A program made the translations under genes and the position numbers. Positions 47,680 through 62,300 of a stretch of DNA of 64,000 nucleotides are shown in pieces (the stretch's first letter is position 1; every line of letters begins with the position of its first letter). The DNA comes from Oculina patagonica (taxonomy: Eukaryota). The DNA is taken from contig NC_135760.1 of NCBI RefSeq assembly GCF_052425735.1, forward strand, positions 14,942,001-15,006,000. The letters are read 5' to 3'. Below the pieces are notes generated by a model. The model worked only from the letters and a program-made list of their open reading frames with translations. It was not told the origin of the DNA and made no database searches.

Positions 47680-50003
47680 AGCACAGCCAAAACATAAAGT
47701 ATGAAGGTAAGAAACTTATCACATCAGGGATATTGAAAAAAGTATAGTTACAAGAAAGAACTCAAGCTAAGACAGGCCGAGGGAGGCTGGTGAAAACTGC
47801 AGTTGCAGAGTTTCATGCATCATCCCATTTCCCGCTTTTAACAGCAGCTTGCGATATAATAAACGCGTTAAAAAACAAGTGACCTCCTTTTATCCAGATA
47901 TAAAACTGAGGCTGCTTCAGCACGAAGCTGTTATTGTAGTTCCATGCAACAGTTTTGCAACCAAGAACAATTTACTTGTTTTCTAGATTTACGTGTCCAT
48001 AATAACCGTTCTCATCTTGTTTTATTTGCATTTTCAGGTTCTATCATTACTCACAAGGGAAATAATGCAAGACAAATTTTATCTTAGAGATAAAAAATAA
48101 ATGAAGAGATATTCTTATAGTAACTAGTCTGCCGTGGCAGTGATGCACAACATGTCCAACCGACAATAAAGGGTTCTTTTACGTGCGAGATTTTTGAGAC
48201 GGCTCTGCATACTGGCCAAAACAAGGTCAAATGACATCTGTGGTAGAGACCTTTGTTATACGTAACAAAACAGTCAGTCACATTAGTTCAGATATTTTGC
48301 AAAGCATTGAACCACCTAAAGCTTTGCTTCAATAGCCCAATTTCGATATTTTAAAATTCAGCCCAAAGCAATAGGCATCACTACGAGGCTCTTGGGAATC
48401 AAGCCCACACACTGTATAGTTTCTAGAGGTCTATTGTTTTACGCTTAATTTTACTGAATATATCGAAACTGGGCTATTGGCTGCTAGTTTCTGTCTCCTT
48501 TGCGCTGTTCTTTTGACACTGTGTCAAATCGGTCTTGTTCGCTTGTTTGGTATTTTCCTTTGATAAGAATCAAATACATACAGCATAGACGATTTTTCGT
48601 ACAGTGCAAAAAGTCACAAGGGGTTGAATTTTCAGTGAGGCGGTTTCTATTGCGCCCACCACGAAAAAATACTATTTGCTTGGTTATGCGTCATCAGAGT
48701 TTTATTGCATCATACTAGAGGCCAAGAAACAGTGAACATTCTTGTTGTACGGGATATAAGATTAGAATTTCTCAAAGTGTGAGACAATATTATTATTTTA
48801 TCTAAGCGGAAAAAGCAGGCTATAGCTATGTTGATATTTTAGGAGTAGTATGCTAATATAAGTAGTATTACGTAGTCATTTAGTTCAGTATTAAAGCATT
48901 AACAGCTAAAATGCAATGCAGACGTGTATTCAATAAAATGGTTTATACTTCCCCGATGAAATCGTTTGTTTGAAAACACACGAGAGAGGAAAAGCAACTG
49001 AACTGGAGCATTCCTTTTCTAGAATTTCACCTGACTTGAATAAAACATGAAAAGGCTCATTCAGTCGTGCCTTTTAGCAAATCTTCTTTGAATCAGCCGA
49101 CGAGTTTACGATTCTCAGCGCGAAAACTGGGAACTAAACCGAAATTTTTCATGCCAACATCCCGCAATGACTTCATGTTGCTTAGCAGCTTTGTTAACAA
49201 ATACCGCGGGTTCAGTCAGTTCTCGGCCTGAACTAGTACTTGCTTCCCCGACTGCGTTCCAAACGGCGGGTTCAAAGAGAAAAACGGAGGGTGGACTGAG
49301 GAGACCTGAGGGCAGGAAGGGCGGGGAAGAGATGTTGCCCACTCTTTCTCTCCCCAGTCGTTTCTCGTCTCTGCGCGATATCTTACCCACGTCAGTTTTT
49401 GCCCGCGAAGTTTGGATCTAAAAATAGCTATCTCGCAAATCTGACGGCGCGCGTCGCAAATACAAAATAAACTCTTCATGTTATAGTTTTCTGACGAAAA
49501 CATTGTAGTGTTTCATAAACACGGCTCGTAAGCGCTGTTATGTCACCTCCAGTTTTCCTTTTCAACATGTACCTGTCCAAAAACACGAAAAGACAATGAC
49601 TCGAAGACAAATTCAATTTTCGCTTATTAATTATTACTAGCGCCTGTTCATACCTCCAAGCGAACGTAATTTTTTGACGGAAAATTTTATCGACGAAAGA
49701 TTGTTTTCTAAACAAGAGTTAATGTTTATGGATTGACAAATAATTTTGTTTAAATACCACCTCACTGGTGTACAGAAGCTATGTTCCCTTCACTAAATCT
49801 GCTCCGAAAGCAAGGTTTGTTCTGTTTCCAGTTTTGTCGTGCTGTTTGTTGCTGAGGGAAGCGTAGCATTTTGTTGACGTATTATTTTGATTTTCTTTGG
49901 TGTGATATTCCTTGCTCAGTTGCACAAAAAAATAATTAATTCAAATTCCTTGCCTTAAAAATAATAACTAGTTTAAAAGAAAGGAAGCGAAGCAGCCGAG
50001 TCA

Positions 50004-52009
50004 ATGGAGGCGAAGCTCGTTCTTCACCTCACGATACTTGTGTTTGTATCAGGTGAGTGCACTGGTCTTTAGACAGCTTTGTGTTTGCCTTGTTTGTTAC
50101 CATTGTGAACTTCAACCTTGAGCTAGTACGTAAAAGATCTTTTGATGGCATTAGAACCGACATTAAAACTTTCCCCTTGCAAAACTAACCAAGCATTTCT
50201 TCTCCCAAGAGGAAGACAGGTTGATACAGTCTCGACCTGGGTCTTGACGGTCAAACAATTGTTGAACAAAAATGACAAGTAGAGTGGGAGGGTCTTAATA
50301 TTTCGGGGTTTTCGTCAGTTGTATTAATCCATTGAGACAGTCACCAACGGTTTGCAATCAACTATAAGATCAGCAGTTTATACTGCTTTCAACTGCACTG
50401 TGATGTACGCAGATACTACCTGATCAGTAAACAAAACTCAGTTTTAAAGATTTAGTTGAAGAGGCGAGAAAAGTATAGAGACCAAAGCAGTAAGAGATTT
50501 GAAAAAGTTACATATTAATTGTTATTAATTTGCTATTAATAGGAATCGTCTGCCGCAGCACAGCTCACGAGGACAAGAAATCTTTGACCTCACTGGACTT
50601 GGCAGCAGGTAAATAAAGAGGAAATCACAGCTGAATATTTTTTTCATATAGTGTGTATTACCTTGAGTGAGAGGTCAGACTTACGTTATCAGACTTGGTA
50701 TCAGGGTAAGTTGTCTGAGATAGAGTCCTGTGACTCTCATAACGTGGTACATTATGGAAATAATATTTCATACTCATTTTCATCTCTCAATGCCAGAAGT
50801 ACTCACAGGTGTTAGGCCAACCTGACGAAATATTTTAACGTTGTAATCTTTCATGTTCAATGGGTGGAATGTGGTAAAGATACGTAAAGAAAACAACCAC
50901 TTATGCAGCGATTTTGCATGAGACGGCAAAATAACTACTAAAGTTAATTCTTAAATAGAATTGTAAGCGAATAAAGTCGTGAACCACAATATATGCGTTG
51001 CATCGGACTAATTTGTGCAAAATGTCGCCGCACCTTGCAAAAAGGATGGTTGTTAACGTGCGATACAAAACGTTTCAGCTTGCAATGCAACGAGGTCGAA
51101 TAACTTTTTATTTACAAATCAGTAGTAATAGAAATAAAGATTGCATGACTAATGAGTAAATATAAATGACTATTTAGAGTAGATAAAAGCCAAACACTTA
51201 TTGAAAATTGAAAGAGTGAAGAGGAGTTTAATTGTCTGATAAGTAAATCAGTGAAACATCTCTAACATAGAGTTTCTTTCCATGTTTCAGAGAAACGACT
51301 GACGGTTTGTTCGAAAGGAAAGAAACCGCTAACTTGTGAGTCCCCTGGATCAGCTATCGCCATTACAGGAGTGTTTTGGGGTCGACAATCACAAGATATT
51401 TGCGCCTCGGAAGACGGGGATCCGGTCACAAATTGTCCAACAGCCCCTGAGGCCGAACACATTGTCAAACAAATGTGCGAAGGAATGGGCAGTTGCATTT
51501 TGGAAGGGAAAGCTGACAAATTACAAAATGGAAAACATTGTTATGGCGTCCAGAAATACCTTCTTGTGAATTATACATGTGTGCCTCAGAAAAAGGAAGC
51601 CATCTTGTGTGACTCGGAGAGGTCAATAATCTCGTGCCCATCTGATTGGATACTGAGGGTGAACTCGGCATTCTGGGGCCGCGAAAGACCGGAAGTATGT
51701 CCATCTGCGAGAGGACAGGAAGTGTGTCCTGGCGCATCAGAGACTGTCTCGAAACTGAGGAGCAGATGTAACAATATTCCTTTCTGCCCTGTTAAGGCAT
51801 TTTACAAGGAGTTACAAAATGGAGGCGAAAACTGCCCTCATATAAACAAGTATCTTGTTATCAACTACAGTTGCCGACCCAGTCCTGATATAGGACGGCG
51901 CGGCCAACTCGGGCTTATTCCACTCTCAGTTTACCGAGGACTCAGAATCAGATCACGAATTTGGAAGCCTAGTGATTTTAATCTGAAAGATTCTAAAGAT
52001 AACATATGA
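50004..52009 (+). CDS. Secreted double SUEL/rhamnose-binding-lectin-like protein 1 (exons 50004-50052, 50543-50608, 51291-52009; 277 aa)
   Basis: Signal-like MEAKLVLHLTILVFVSG; two 8-Cys SUEL domains (FWGR...C...HCYGVQKYL.VNYTC; FWGR...NCPHINKYL.INYSC); short tail. Confidence 0.85.
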
Positions 52010-52735
52010 GGAGACAGTCACCAAAGGACAAACATCGTTTATAGTTTATTGATGTTTATTAAAACCATTAATTGTAAATATGGGACAAACTCTTTCTGTG
52101 GTAGCAAACTGCATTTTATAACAATGATGTATCAATGTTGTATTCAATATTACACTGCTTTAATCAAATCGTTAGCTTAGAATATGGCTATTTCCCTGTA
52201 AAATATGAAAAAAAACTATTTTTGTAAGTATTGAAGTAAGTAAACCATTTATTCTGTTTAGCCTTTGAGTTTTTGTTGTTGTACTTATTTAATCTTGTAG
52301 TCACTGAATCGACTCCCTTTTCGAAAGTGAAAGACATGTTATTCATTTCGAGAGTTAGGCCTATTACAAACCTCAGGGGTCTCTCCCCCTGCTCGATGTT
52401 GCTTCATGGGGTTTGCAATCCACCCGGCTTTATTTTTACAGCACGACAACATTGAAAACATTGAAATATGGGAGAAGGATGATTGGAAATTTGCCCAAGT
52501 GTCTCAACAGTTTTGTCCAGGATTGAAGGTCAAAGCTTTATATCTTTTATAATTTAAGGGGTGACTCAGTTCACTAAGAACAGATAAAAGCATTTGATCC
52601 AACATTTCGAAAAAGTGTCATTAAGCCTTGAAACGCGTACTTTTGTATATCAAATCTAGGGACAATTTGAGGACAATTTGCAAACAACCTGATTTTCAAG
52701 AATCGTTGGATGTTGTCCTTCAGTAGCATTTTAAA

Positions 52736-52908
52736 TGAAAATGGTAAAAGTTCAGTTGAAGCCTTACACTACTGTAAAATGATATTAAAATCGTTTAAAA
52801 ATCCAAGCTTTTGCCGATCTACGGCATCATTTCTAGCTTGGATTTTTAAACGATTTTTATATCATTTTAAAGTAGTGTAAGGCCTCAATTGAACTTTTAT
52901 CATTTTCA
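52736..52908. repeat. Long AT-rich inverted repeat (~73-bp arms)
   Basis: TGAAAATGGTAAAAGTTCAGTTGAAGCCTTACACTAC...ATCCAAGCT pairs with AGCTTGGAT...GTAGTGTAAGGCCTCAATTGAACTTTTATCATTTTCA. Confidence 0.8.
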
Positions 52909-54349
52909 ACCTGATTTTCTATTCCTGATCATGACCTCATATATTTAAACTGTAGCATAGTATACATAAAGACCAATGCTCTGATAACAGTTGTTCCTAC
53001 GAAAAGAGTAAACTAAACTCTGTTTCAAAAGTAATAACAATAAAAAGTGTGCTGCCTCAGTTTCTTTAGACATGACAAAGGCAACACGGTCTGGTGGAGC
53101 AGACCGCAATTGCAATGGCACCCTGGTCGGCACCCTGGTTAACGAACTAAGTCGGCTCCGCACATTTTGCTCCTTATATCCGACGTTTTCCAACAAATAT
53201 CTGGGGACCACAAAATCGCTATATCCGAGTTCTTTCTACGACGATCGCACTATATCTTAAATTATTTTAAAGCTTTCTAAGAGTATAGAAATTAAAATAA
53301 CGACATCGCGAGTATGGAATGGTCCTTCAGCGGGCGATAGAGGCCTACAGTTTGTGAATGTCTGCGTCGGTGGGTTGCAGTATTGTAAAACTGGGCAATT
53401 CGCTATTGTACTGACCCATAAACTGATATCTAAGGCGTCGAACGAGCAGAAGCGACGATGTGAAACATCAAGAGCTTTTCTTCTCAATCCAGTAAGAGAA
53501 GCAACAGTTCTTTGTTCTTGCACGAGGAATACTTATTAGATCACCCAGATCTTATTCCCTCTGACAACGAGTCGGATATATCAGTGACGTCATGCAATTC
53601 TTTCATTATTAACATTTGCGCGTAAAGTCATAAGACGAGCAAGGAGAGATAAGAAACCGCAACGCGAAAAGGCCCTGGAAAAAGGTTGGTTAGATTGTTT
53701 TGGTGTACTGCTTTTGTTTTTGTTTGGGTTATTGCACTTTATTGTGGAAATTAGAATTATTATCACCTCGGCAAAGTAAATCAAGCAAACCGGAATGTGT
53801 TTGCTGTAACCTGTCGTTTTGCCGGGCGTGAAGGCTTACGGAAGAAAAATTTACAAAGGTTTTCTATGCCTTCTTTCTTACTGAAATCTTTTTAGGATTG
53901 ATGCATAAAAATCAAATCTTTTGTTGCAATTTTTGTGATGCCTGGCCTGTTGGAGAAAAAGAGAAAAACATAAATGTTTAGTCTATGTTAATCGCAACGA
54001 TTTGATTTTGTGTTTGGTCTCTGACCCCATGTTTTAACGAAATTCGTTTTTGATTGAGATAAATTTAAGGCGTTAGACGTACGTCCGGTTACTTCTTTAT
54101 ACTGGATTTAGTTTCAAATGTGTTTTAAAATGTCCAGAGAACGCACTTAACTGATTCAGGTGATAAAAACAAATTTTGACCTGCTCTTAATTTCTAGCCA
54201 CCTGTTGCTTAAATTGTTTTCCGGTTCCTTCTTGTGGTGAGTTAAAAACATAACGACACACACTTTGGCTCCTGCCTTTACTAATTGCTTTTCAAATCGC
54301 TTTTCCTGTCGTACGTAACATCGTGTTTCTTTTATTTACAAGGGCAGCG

Positions 54350-57300
54350 ATGGCAACAAGCCGTTTAATTTACAGTTTATTTTCTGTTCTTGCCATTCTG
54401 GATATAGGATTCGCGTTTGTACAAGGTAGGCAGTTATTGTTTTGAATTCACTGATTTCTAAACGCGCCAAATGTAGCGGATTATACAGATACAAGCTTAT
54501 AATTGCGCGCGTAGAAATTGTAAACCGTTTGGCTAATTTCCTCACTAGTGTTTAGCATCAGTGTTTGTTTTACGCTGTATGCCATTATCCTGGAAGCCCT
54601 AGCAGTAGAGCATAAATCCCTAGCTTCACTGATTTTGGTGACGACCAAACTTAGATACAGTAGAAACCCCGCCTCCCGACCAACGCGTTATTATGACTAA
54701 TTTTATATATTGACGCGAACAAACGCACGGTCCCTGTTTTCCCTTTTAATATAGCCAACTCTTAAATGGCCAAATGTGGGGGGTCGTTGGTTGTCAGATA
54801 AACTAGGGTTCCACTGTATTAAGATCACTGAGCAATTCTTGCAATCAGTAGAGTGTCATATGAAGCTTAACACCACTTACAAAACTAGCTGTTGGCAGAA
54901 GACGATTTCACAGCCATGGCCATCATTTTTAAGGTAGCACTAAAACTGACGCGAAATAACATTTATATGGATTTCTTTATCGTCTCACTTATTTTCAAAA
55001 GCAAATCAGATTAGCGATCGCATTTAGTGCTTGCCAACCTATAAGTTGTTAAAAAGATTGAAAACCTTCTACAACATACCTGTGGCTAAACAGTGATACA
55101 GAGTGCTGGTGTTGTTCTGTAATTTTTCAAATACTATTTCAGCTGCTCACCATGCCAAGTGATGAATCTATAAACTAGGTCTGCAATGCATACAGATGTA
55201 CAAAGCGGAAAATGGGCACGACATTAGGCTTTCCATTAAAAATGTAAATATTTACCCGTTTGAACATTTGGTTTTATTTTAAGGTGGAGTTCACAGTCAG
55301 GATGCGGGAGCTGGTTTAAGCCAGATTGATCTGGAAGCCTGTAAGTAACGAGCTTTCCAATAACAACCGACTGCACGTCAGTTATTTATTTTTCTAGTTG
55401 TAACGAAATCTTTTGTTTTTAGCGAAAGAGATTACCATCTGCACTACGCAAAAGAAACCGCTGAGCTGCTCTTACCCGGGCTCAAACATCGCAGTGACTG
55501 GTGTATTTTGGGGCCGTAAGTCTGGTTCGATTTGTCCTTCGGATGATGGTGATACACAGCTCGACTGTTTCACTGCGCCGGAATCAGAAGGCATCGTGAA
55601 GGGAAAATGCGAAGGAAAGGAATCTTGTGAACTTGAAGCCAGACATGCGCTGTTACAAAACCCCGGCAGTCAACATTGCCCAGGAGTAAATAAATACTTG
55701 ACTGTAAACTACACATGTATACCTGATGCAAAAGAAGAAGTGATGTGTGATTCGGAGAACTCGAGTCTTACCTGCCCAGCTTCCTGGAAGATTGGAGTCA
55801 ACTCAGTTTTCTGGGGACGGCAGTCAACCACCGTTTGTCCAGCGGATAATGGACAGACTATGTGCACTGGGGCACCAGAGAGTCTTGGAATTGTTAAGAA
55901 GTCATGTGACGGGCTGACAAAGTGTGACGTGCATGCGTCTTATGACCAGGTACAGAATGGCGCGGAAAACTGCCCAGGAGTACAGAAGTATTTGATTATA
56001 AACTACAGCTGCAAACCACATCCAAACATAGGTAAGATAATGAGCAATCAGTGGGTCATTTTAACGCATTCACGTGACATCCGAACAATCTTTGTTTAAC
56101 AAGTTTTCAAAGTCTCCGATCCAGTACTGCTTTTCTCGTTTATATAGCGAACAACATTATAAAAACATGTCGCATTTATGACATTGTGTAGGTTTATACA
56201 TAAAATAACAGTTATTTTAGAGTTACATGTCACATGGAATGTGATCAACTTTGTGGCACCGCGCTTGCTTGTTACACTGGGGATAAACTGTGTCTGTTTC
56301 AGTTGTGTCAGGCGGGAATAAAATCACGTAAATGCGAGGAAAGTAGGGTGGAAAATGGCTAGTGCGTAAGGCTTGAAATCAAAGGTCAACCCTAGGCGTT
56401 TTTATTCTCAAAGTCCCTTTCTTTTTCTACTTACACATTGCTTGAGAAATCAGGTAAATATGCCGAGGGAGGAAGGAAGGGAAAGAGTGAAATGATGACC
56501 TACGGTTGACCAGAACCCGTTCAGGGGAGAGTAAGCTGTTTCATGCTACATGCTACATGCTTGGTTTCTGAGTACTGGTATATTTAACGAAGTCTCGTGT
56601 TTTTATTTCATTCCCCAGGAACCGAAGATGATGCCGTTCAAGATGACCAAGAACCAGCACCCGTTAAGATTCCTGCTCCAAACAAACCTAACCCAGGCCT
56701 CGCTCCAAACGTCGTGAGCGATTTAAAACAACTGGACGGCGGACAACAGGTGGTAAAGGTACCGGCAGAGGAGGGAAACAGTGTTGTTGGAGAGAACTTG
56801 AACATTGGTCGGTTAGGCATGGGAGGTCTGAAGGCCCTGGAGAAAATCAATAATCTCATCAAGGCCTCCGCCGAGACACAAGCGGATGGCGACGAACCCG
56901 GGGCAGATAATGCTTTGACAGACGAACAAGCGCAGGCGATTGAGCGTATGATTATCGAAGGAATCCATCATATTAAGAAGAAACCTACACAGCCGACAGG
57001 ACAGAGAGCTTCAATTCCCCGACAGAAGAACGCGCAGAAACCTTTTCCCAAGTTGCCTCAAGCGCAGAGACGGAAAGGAGCCCCGATACCTTTCCCGCCA
57101 AAACCAGTACCTCAAAGAAAGGATGCCAGAGCTGTACCAACGCCAGTTCAAGTGGGCGTCCCCAGGCTGCAGAATAAAGGGGCAAATGGGAAAGGCGCGT
57201 CATCAGGTAATCAGAATGACGAAAAGAAAACGGTAAATGAAAACAAAGTGCCATCGTTAAACGGCCCAGTCAAAGGCCCTGCCAAGATGAGGCCCATTCC

Positions 57301-57400
57301 TGTTCTTAAGAGCCAACCTGCGGACGAAAGAAAGAAATCGAGACCTGGAAAACCTCTTGGCTTAGGACTCGGGAATGCTGGATTTGGGAATTCGCCTTAA
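54350..57400 (+). CDS. Secreted double SUEL/RBL-like protein 2 with Pro/Lys/Gln-rich tail (exons 54350-54425, 55284-55340, 55423-56031, 56619-57400; 507 aa)
   Basis: Signal-like MATSRLIYSLFSVLAILDIGFAFVQG; exon 2 ends IDLEA (paralogous to LDLAA and IDLET); two SUEL domains; about 260-aa low-complexity tail. Confidence 0.85.
54656..54818. repeat. Tc1/mariner-type MITE remnant
   Basis: TACAGTAGAAACCC ... GGGTTCCACTGTA termini. Confidence 0.5.
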
Positions 57401-59384
57401 AATCTTTAACAAAGAAAAACTTGGAATACAAACATTGAAAACAAGACGAGTTCTTGTACGCAGTAAGCGATATTCGAGTTGCTATGTTCCTTAATAACAA
57501 CTGGATTTTTTATGGAAAATCTGCGCTTGCTTTTGACAATAAACTTAGGTTCTTCAATAGTTGCTCTTTGTAGCAGAAACCCATATGCGTTTCTGATTGT
57601 ATTAAATAATTTCCTTGAAGGAATCCTGTAAGACTTTCTTGTAATCTTATAAGTGATAAAGAGAAAATAGATACCTGGTTGTGGTTGCAATCGTTTAAAA
57701 AAAATAGTTAAGAACAAATTTTGCAACCGAAATAACTCGGCTTTGGGCTCTAAGTGAAAATTATACAGTCGCGAGTTGAATTTTAAGCATGTTAAAACTT
57801 CACTGTAAATACTGCTCGATTCTAGGTAATCGTTACTGATGTTAATGATCACATGTAGTCGAATTCCGCTAGTCACAGATATAGTGAGACTACCGAAAGT
57901 TTACCTATTTACTTTCACGATAAGAGAGGGAAATAACACTCAAAAACACGAAAGGACGGATCGCTTGCAATGCTTTTTTTTCACCCCAGTGCTCTGCTCT
58001 AGAAAACCAAATGCTTTGCAGATACAACATCGTGTTTTGATCTTGTTAAATAGCTCTAGACAGAAATTAATCGACCAACAACTGTAAATGTTTTCAATAA
58101 AGAACAAACTAAAAATATGATTTATCGTTCTCGTGATTGTGTCAAATATTCAAATGCCTTATCCTTTCACCTTGCGCCAAATGCTCCGCTGTTACTTAAG
58201 CACCACCAGGGAGGAAAACACTGTCCGGTTTGATTGTGTGGGGGGGGAATGACTAAGGCCGATTGTTTGAGAATCAACCAGGGCTAGGTAAGTCTAAAAA
58301 TCACCAAATCTTGTTTCACTGGAACTGGTGACTGTAATGATTGTTATGTTCATGTGATTCAAGGCGGTTACAAGTCATTCGCATTAGTTCGGCACCTCAA
58401 ATCACGTGTTTTGCTTTTTCTTACCTTTTCCAATTCTCACTTCCAAGCTAGCAGTTATCGACTTGTGCTCCTACTCATAGCATGTCTTAGCTAGTGCCCA
58501 ATACTGAAACAAGCTTTGAATCATAGCAGCAGCTACACCACAACCACCAGCAGGGTTATAAACGTTTGTAGAACGATTATTTGCTGTTAATATTGCACAA
58601 AAATAGGACTGCAATGACAATTACGAAGCTATCGTTTAACGATCTTCAAGTTTTGGAACACATTGAAGAGTTTTGCGTAAGTTCTTCGGTACGAGGGGAT
58701 ATTGATTATTTGACGTTTCCCCCGAAATCATCGTCGAAAAATCGACCGGAGGAGCTGGGCACTTGTGGCTTACTAGCCTATTTTGCCGCCTTTTGGTATA
58801 ATATGGATAAGTCAAAGTTATGGACCTTTGGCTTTTAAACTCGGTGCAATGGTTACTCTAAGCTGCTGCAGCTGATACTCGTAAAGATTTTCAGTTGTAT
58901 GGTGTTTTTTGATTGGCTCGTACCACGCCTTCCCATAGGCCTTCGCGCAAAGCTGACAAGGCAGCTTGAGGCGAAGTCTGGTCACAGACGCCTGAGCAAA
59001 CTTGACGTAAGATCTAAAAAAGAATAAAAACCAAACACAAGCTCAAACGAGTTCCTTTTCTTGGTAAATAAATCTGCTAACAATGCATTATTTCATATTC
59101 ATATTATAATCAGTTTCTTATAGGGCTAAAAACGTTTGAAAAGGATCAGGAGCGAGATTTTATTGCTATTCATAAATATTTAACTAAAAATACGAGACTT
59201 CGACTTTTTTCAGTTTGTGAACAAGATGACCTTTTGCTGGTGCCGAGGTCATAGAAAATGGGTTGTCCACGGTTCACTTAAACAATCTTAAAATGAAAAT
59301 CGAGATCGTAGAATCAGATTGGAAATCTAGTGGTATTTTGTGAACAAAAACTCGACGCAGGATGTGAGAGAATGCGGTCTGACG

Positions 59385-62300
59385 ATGAAGAAACATTTGG
59401 TGATTGTTGTGTGGCTTTTGTCTGCTGTGTTAATCGATAAGGCGGTCTCAACTGGTACTCTTGATCAGTTATCAGGTAAGAGGTGATAAACACCTTGTTA
59501 TGTCGTCGTAAGGCTTAGGTTACACTACGAAATAAACAACACCGATTTAGGAACATACCGGTGAACTGCCACAGACCGAGCACAAAAAAACGTATTTCAC
59601 GCAAATGGTACTTCACGCTCCAGCTAGAACAGTAGCTTTCGAGTAATAAGCTTTCCGCTCAGCGAGGAATGAATAGAGAGAAGGGGCAAGGCGAAGATCA
59701 AACATTTGTCGTGTCATGTTGGATGTACCAGCTAAACAAACCGACAACTTTTGTCGCATAAACGTTGGCTGAAAATGTTTAATCAAGCTCACATAATTAT
59801 CCAACACGAACATTTGTTTGTTCGTTTAACCAAGACTTCATGGTTTTTAGCTTCCTTGTTAGTGTCGTACACAGTAGGTATGACAGATATCGTTGAAATT
59901 GACGGATTTCTGCACAAGGTGCCTGTAAAAAATTTGTGGCTTAAAAATGAATTGTGTACATGCCAGCGGTATCTGCGGACTGAACGTCAAATGGGTAGAT
60001 GTAATTGCATTTAGTGATTACGAATAAGCCGCGCAATTTCGGTCGAGTCTCTAGACGATGGTGTACAGGAAACATGTTACATTATGGCAATAGAGTACCG
60101 TAAAAAGCCCTCTTTAACCCCTTTTCTTATACGCCACCTTCTGGGCGGTTCACTTTTCTTAACAAGCCCCCCCCCCCCGGGGGGTAACCAAAAAAGATTT
60201 ATTCGGGGAGGCTCCACCCCTAGCTCTAACCCCTTACCGTTTTAAATCCAATTTTGACAGAAATTGTACCCCTTTCGTATACCTTTTACTGAAAAAGATA
60301 CCCCTTTCATATACCTAAAAGACATGGCATAGACTTAGAACAGGACGTTTTCTTGTCATTTACATGTAGCGCTTAATAAATTAAAATGATACAGCCATAA
60401 ATTGCGCCTGTTCGAAATATTTTAATTAAAGGCCCTTTTAAATAACTAAATAGCAGATTTCCATATCCTTTCGTATACCTAAACTTGTGAAATCCCTACC
60501 CTTATATATACCTGAAGCCTGAAAAAAGGTACCCCTTTCGGGCGGAGTCTCCCCGTATAGGCCATTATAGGGAGTACCCCCCCCCCCCCCGGACAAGCCT
60601 TCCCCCTTTCCAAGATGGTCGATCATGACAATTTGAGAACAAGACAAAAGGTAACTTTACATTGATAGTTCATGTACCTGGTAAATGCAACCAACAATTA
60701 AAGGATTTTGATGGTATGTACGTTGACTTAAAAACAGACTTTGAAAGTGACATTGAAAAACGCACGTTGCAGAGCTCGAGGACCAAAAGCAGCTACAATG
60801 AGCGGTCGATTAATTAAACGTAATCCCTTTTTTCCGCAGCACGAACCGCAACTCCAGGTGCAGCAGGGAGACCAAGAAGCGAAATTGATCTAGAAACAGG
60901 TTTGGTGGTTTGCCTTAAATATATAACACTTTTGAGTAGCCAAGTTAAATGTAAACGATATTCCATTGAATACCAGTAATGATCTGGAAGGATTACGCTG
61001 AAATTTCACTCTCTAACTTTACTTGTAACAACCACATCAGGTATTAAACAACAACAAATCAGTATTAATTGCCTCTCTCAGATAAATCCGTCATCATTTG
61101 CGCTGGTCAGAACAAATCACTGGAATGCTTCTCTCCCGGGTCAAGCATCGCTATAGAGGAAGCTTTCTGGGGCCGCTTATCAGCTGAAATCTGCCCCTCG
61201 GAGGACGGAGATCCGGTCACTAACTGTCTCAGCGATCCTACAACCACCCCTATCGTACGGAATCTGTGCGATGATAAAGAATACTGTGAGATCCCCGCCC
61301 GTCATAACGTTCTACAACCCCCAGGGGTCAAGCACTGCCCTGGTGTTAACAAATACCTGGCTGTGAAATATAGGTGTACACCTGAGAAACATAAATTTGT
61401 GCTGTGCAATGGCGAAACAACAGAGCTTCAATGCGGCCAGGGATGGAAGATACATATCATGTCAGCCTACTGGGGTCGGGATTCACCATCTACCTGCCCT
61501 ACGCCCTTAGGGAAGTTTTTCACCTGCGCTAACTCAGCGGATAGCGTGTTGGCGTTGAGGGAGAGATGTTCTGGTAGAGAGAGTTGTATCGTCACCGCAG
61601 ATGATAACCATTTGACTAAAGAAAGAAGCCATTGCCCAGGAATTGATAAGTACGCTCTGATCAGTTACAGATGTCAGCCACCAGGAGAGGTCGCAGGTGA
61701 GTGAACTGAAATAGAAACTGAAACCAAGCAAGACAGTGATGGATAACAGGGTTCACATTTTACACTTTCGAGCTGTAATTAAGACGGCTCTCTTCCTACA
61801 TCCCCATTTCTGACCAAAAGCCTCTCCGCAAGTGCTCCGTTTCAGGGCTATTCAGTCCTGTAGGATGATATGATAGAACCTTTTGGACAATCGGAACGAA
61901 CTTTTATTTTCTTATGAAGATATTGCGCACGATGAAAAGCATTTATGTCACATTTCACATCCAAAAATCATCACCTCATGGCTCATGAAGTTACCCCCTT
62001 ACCACCCAAAAGCGAGTGGAGTTTTGTCCTGTTGCTTTTTTAATTCCTTTCTTTTTGACAGATCCGTCCAGAGACAGTGGAAAAAAGCTCCTTGAATTAC
62101 CACAGGAAGATACATTAAACACACTCCACTCCTCACTGTACCCTACAGCAAATTCCAAGACCCCTTCACTTCAACAGGCAATGGGTGAACTGAACCTAAG
62201 CATGTTACTTCCTGTTCCTCAGTACAATCGTGCAGATAAGCTGAAGCCAATTATCGACTTCCTTGGAGAAGAAAGTGGAGGGAAGAATCAGACAACGCTT

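Noticed and set aside
59372-59440. Upstream ATG as start of lectin gene 3
   Set aside because: It closes after 22 codons. The ATG at 59385 gives a signal-like peptide and the correct splice phase, so this is at most an overlapping uORF.
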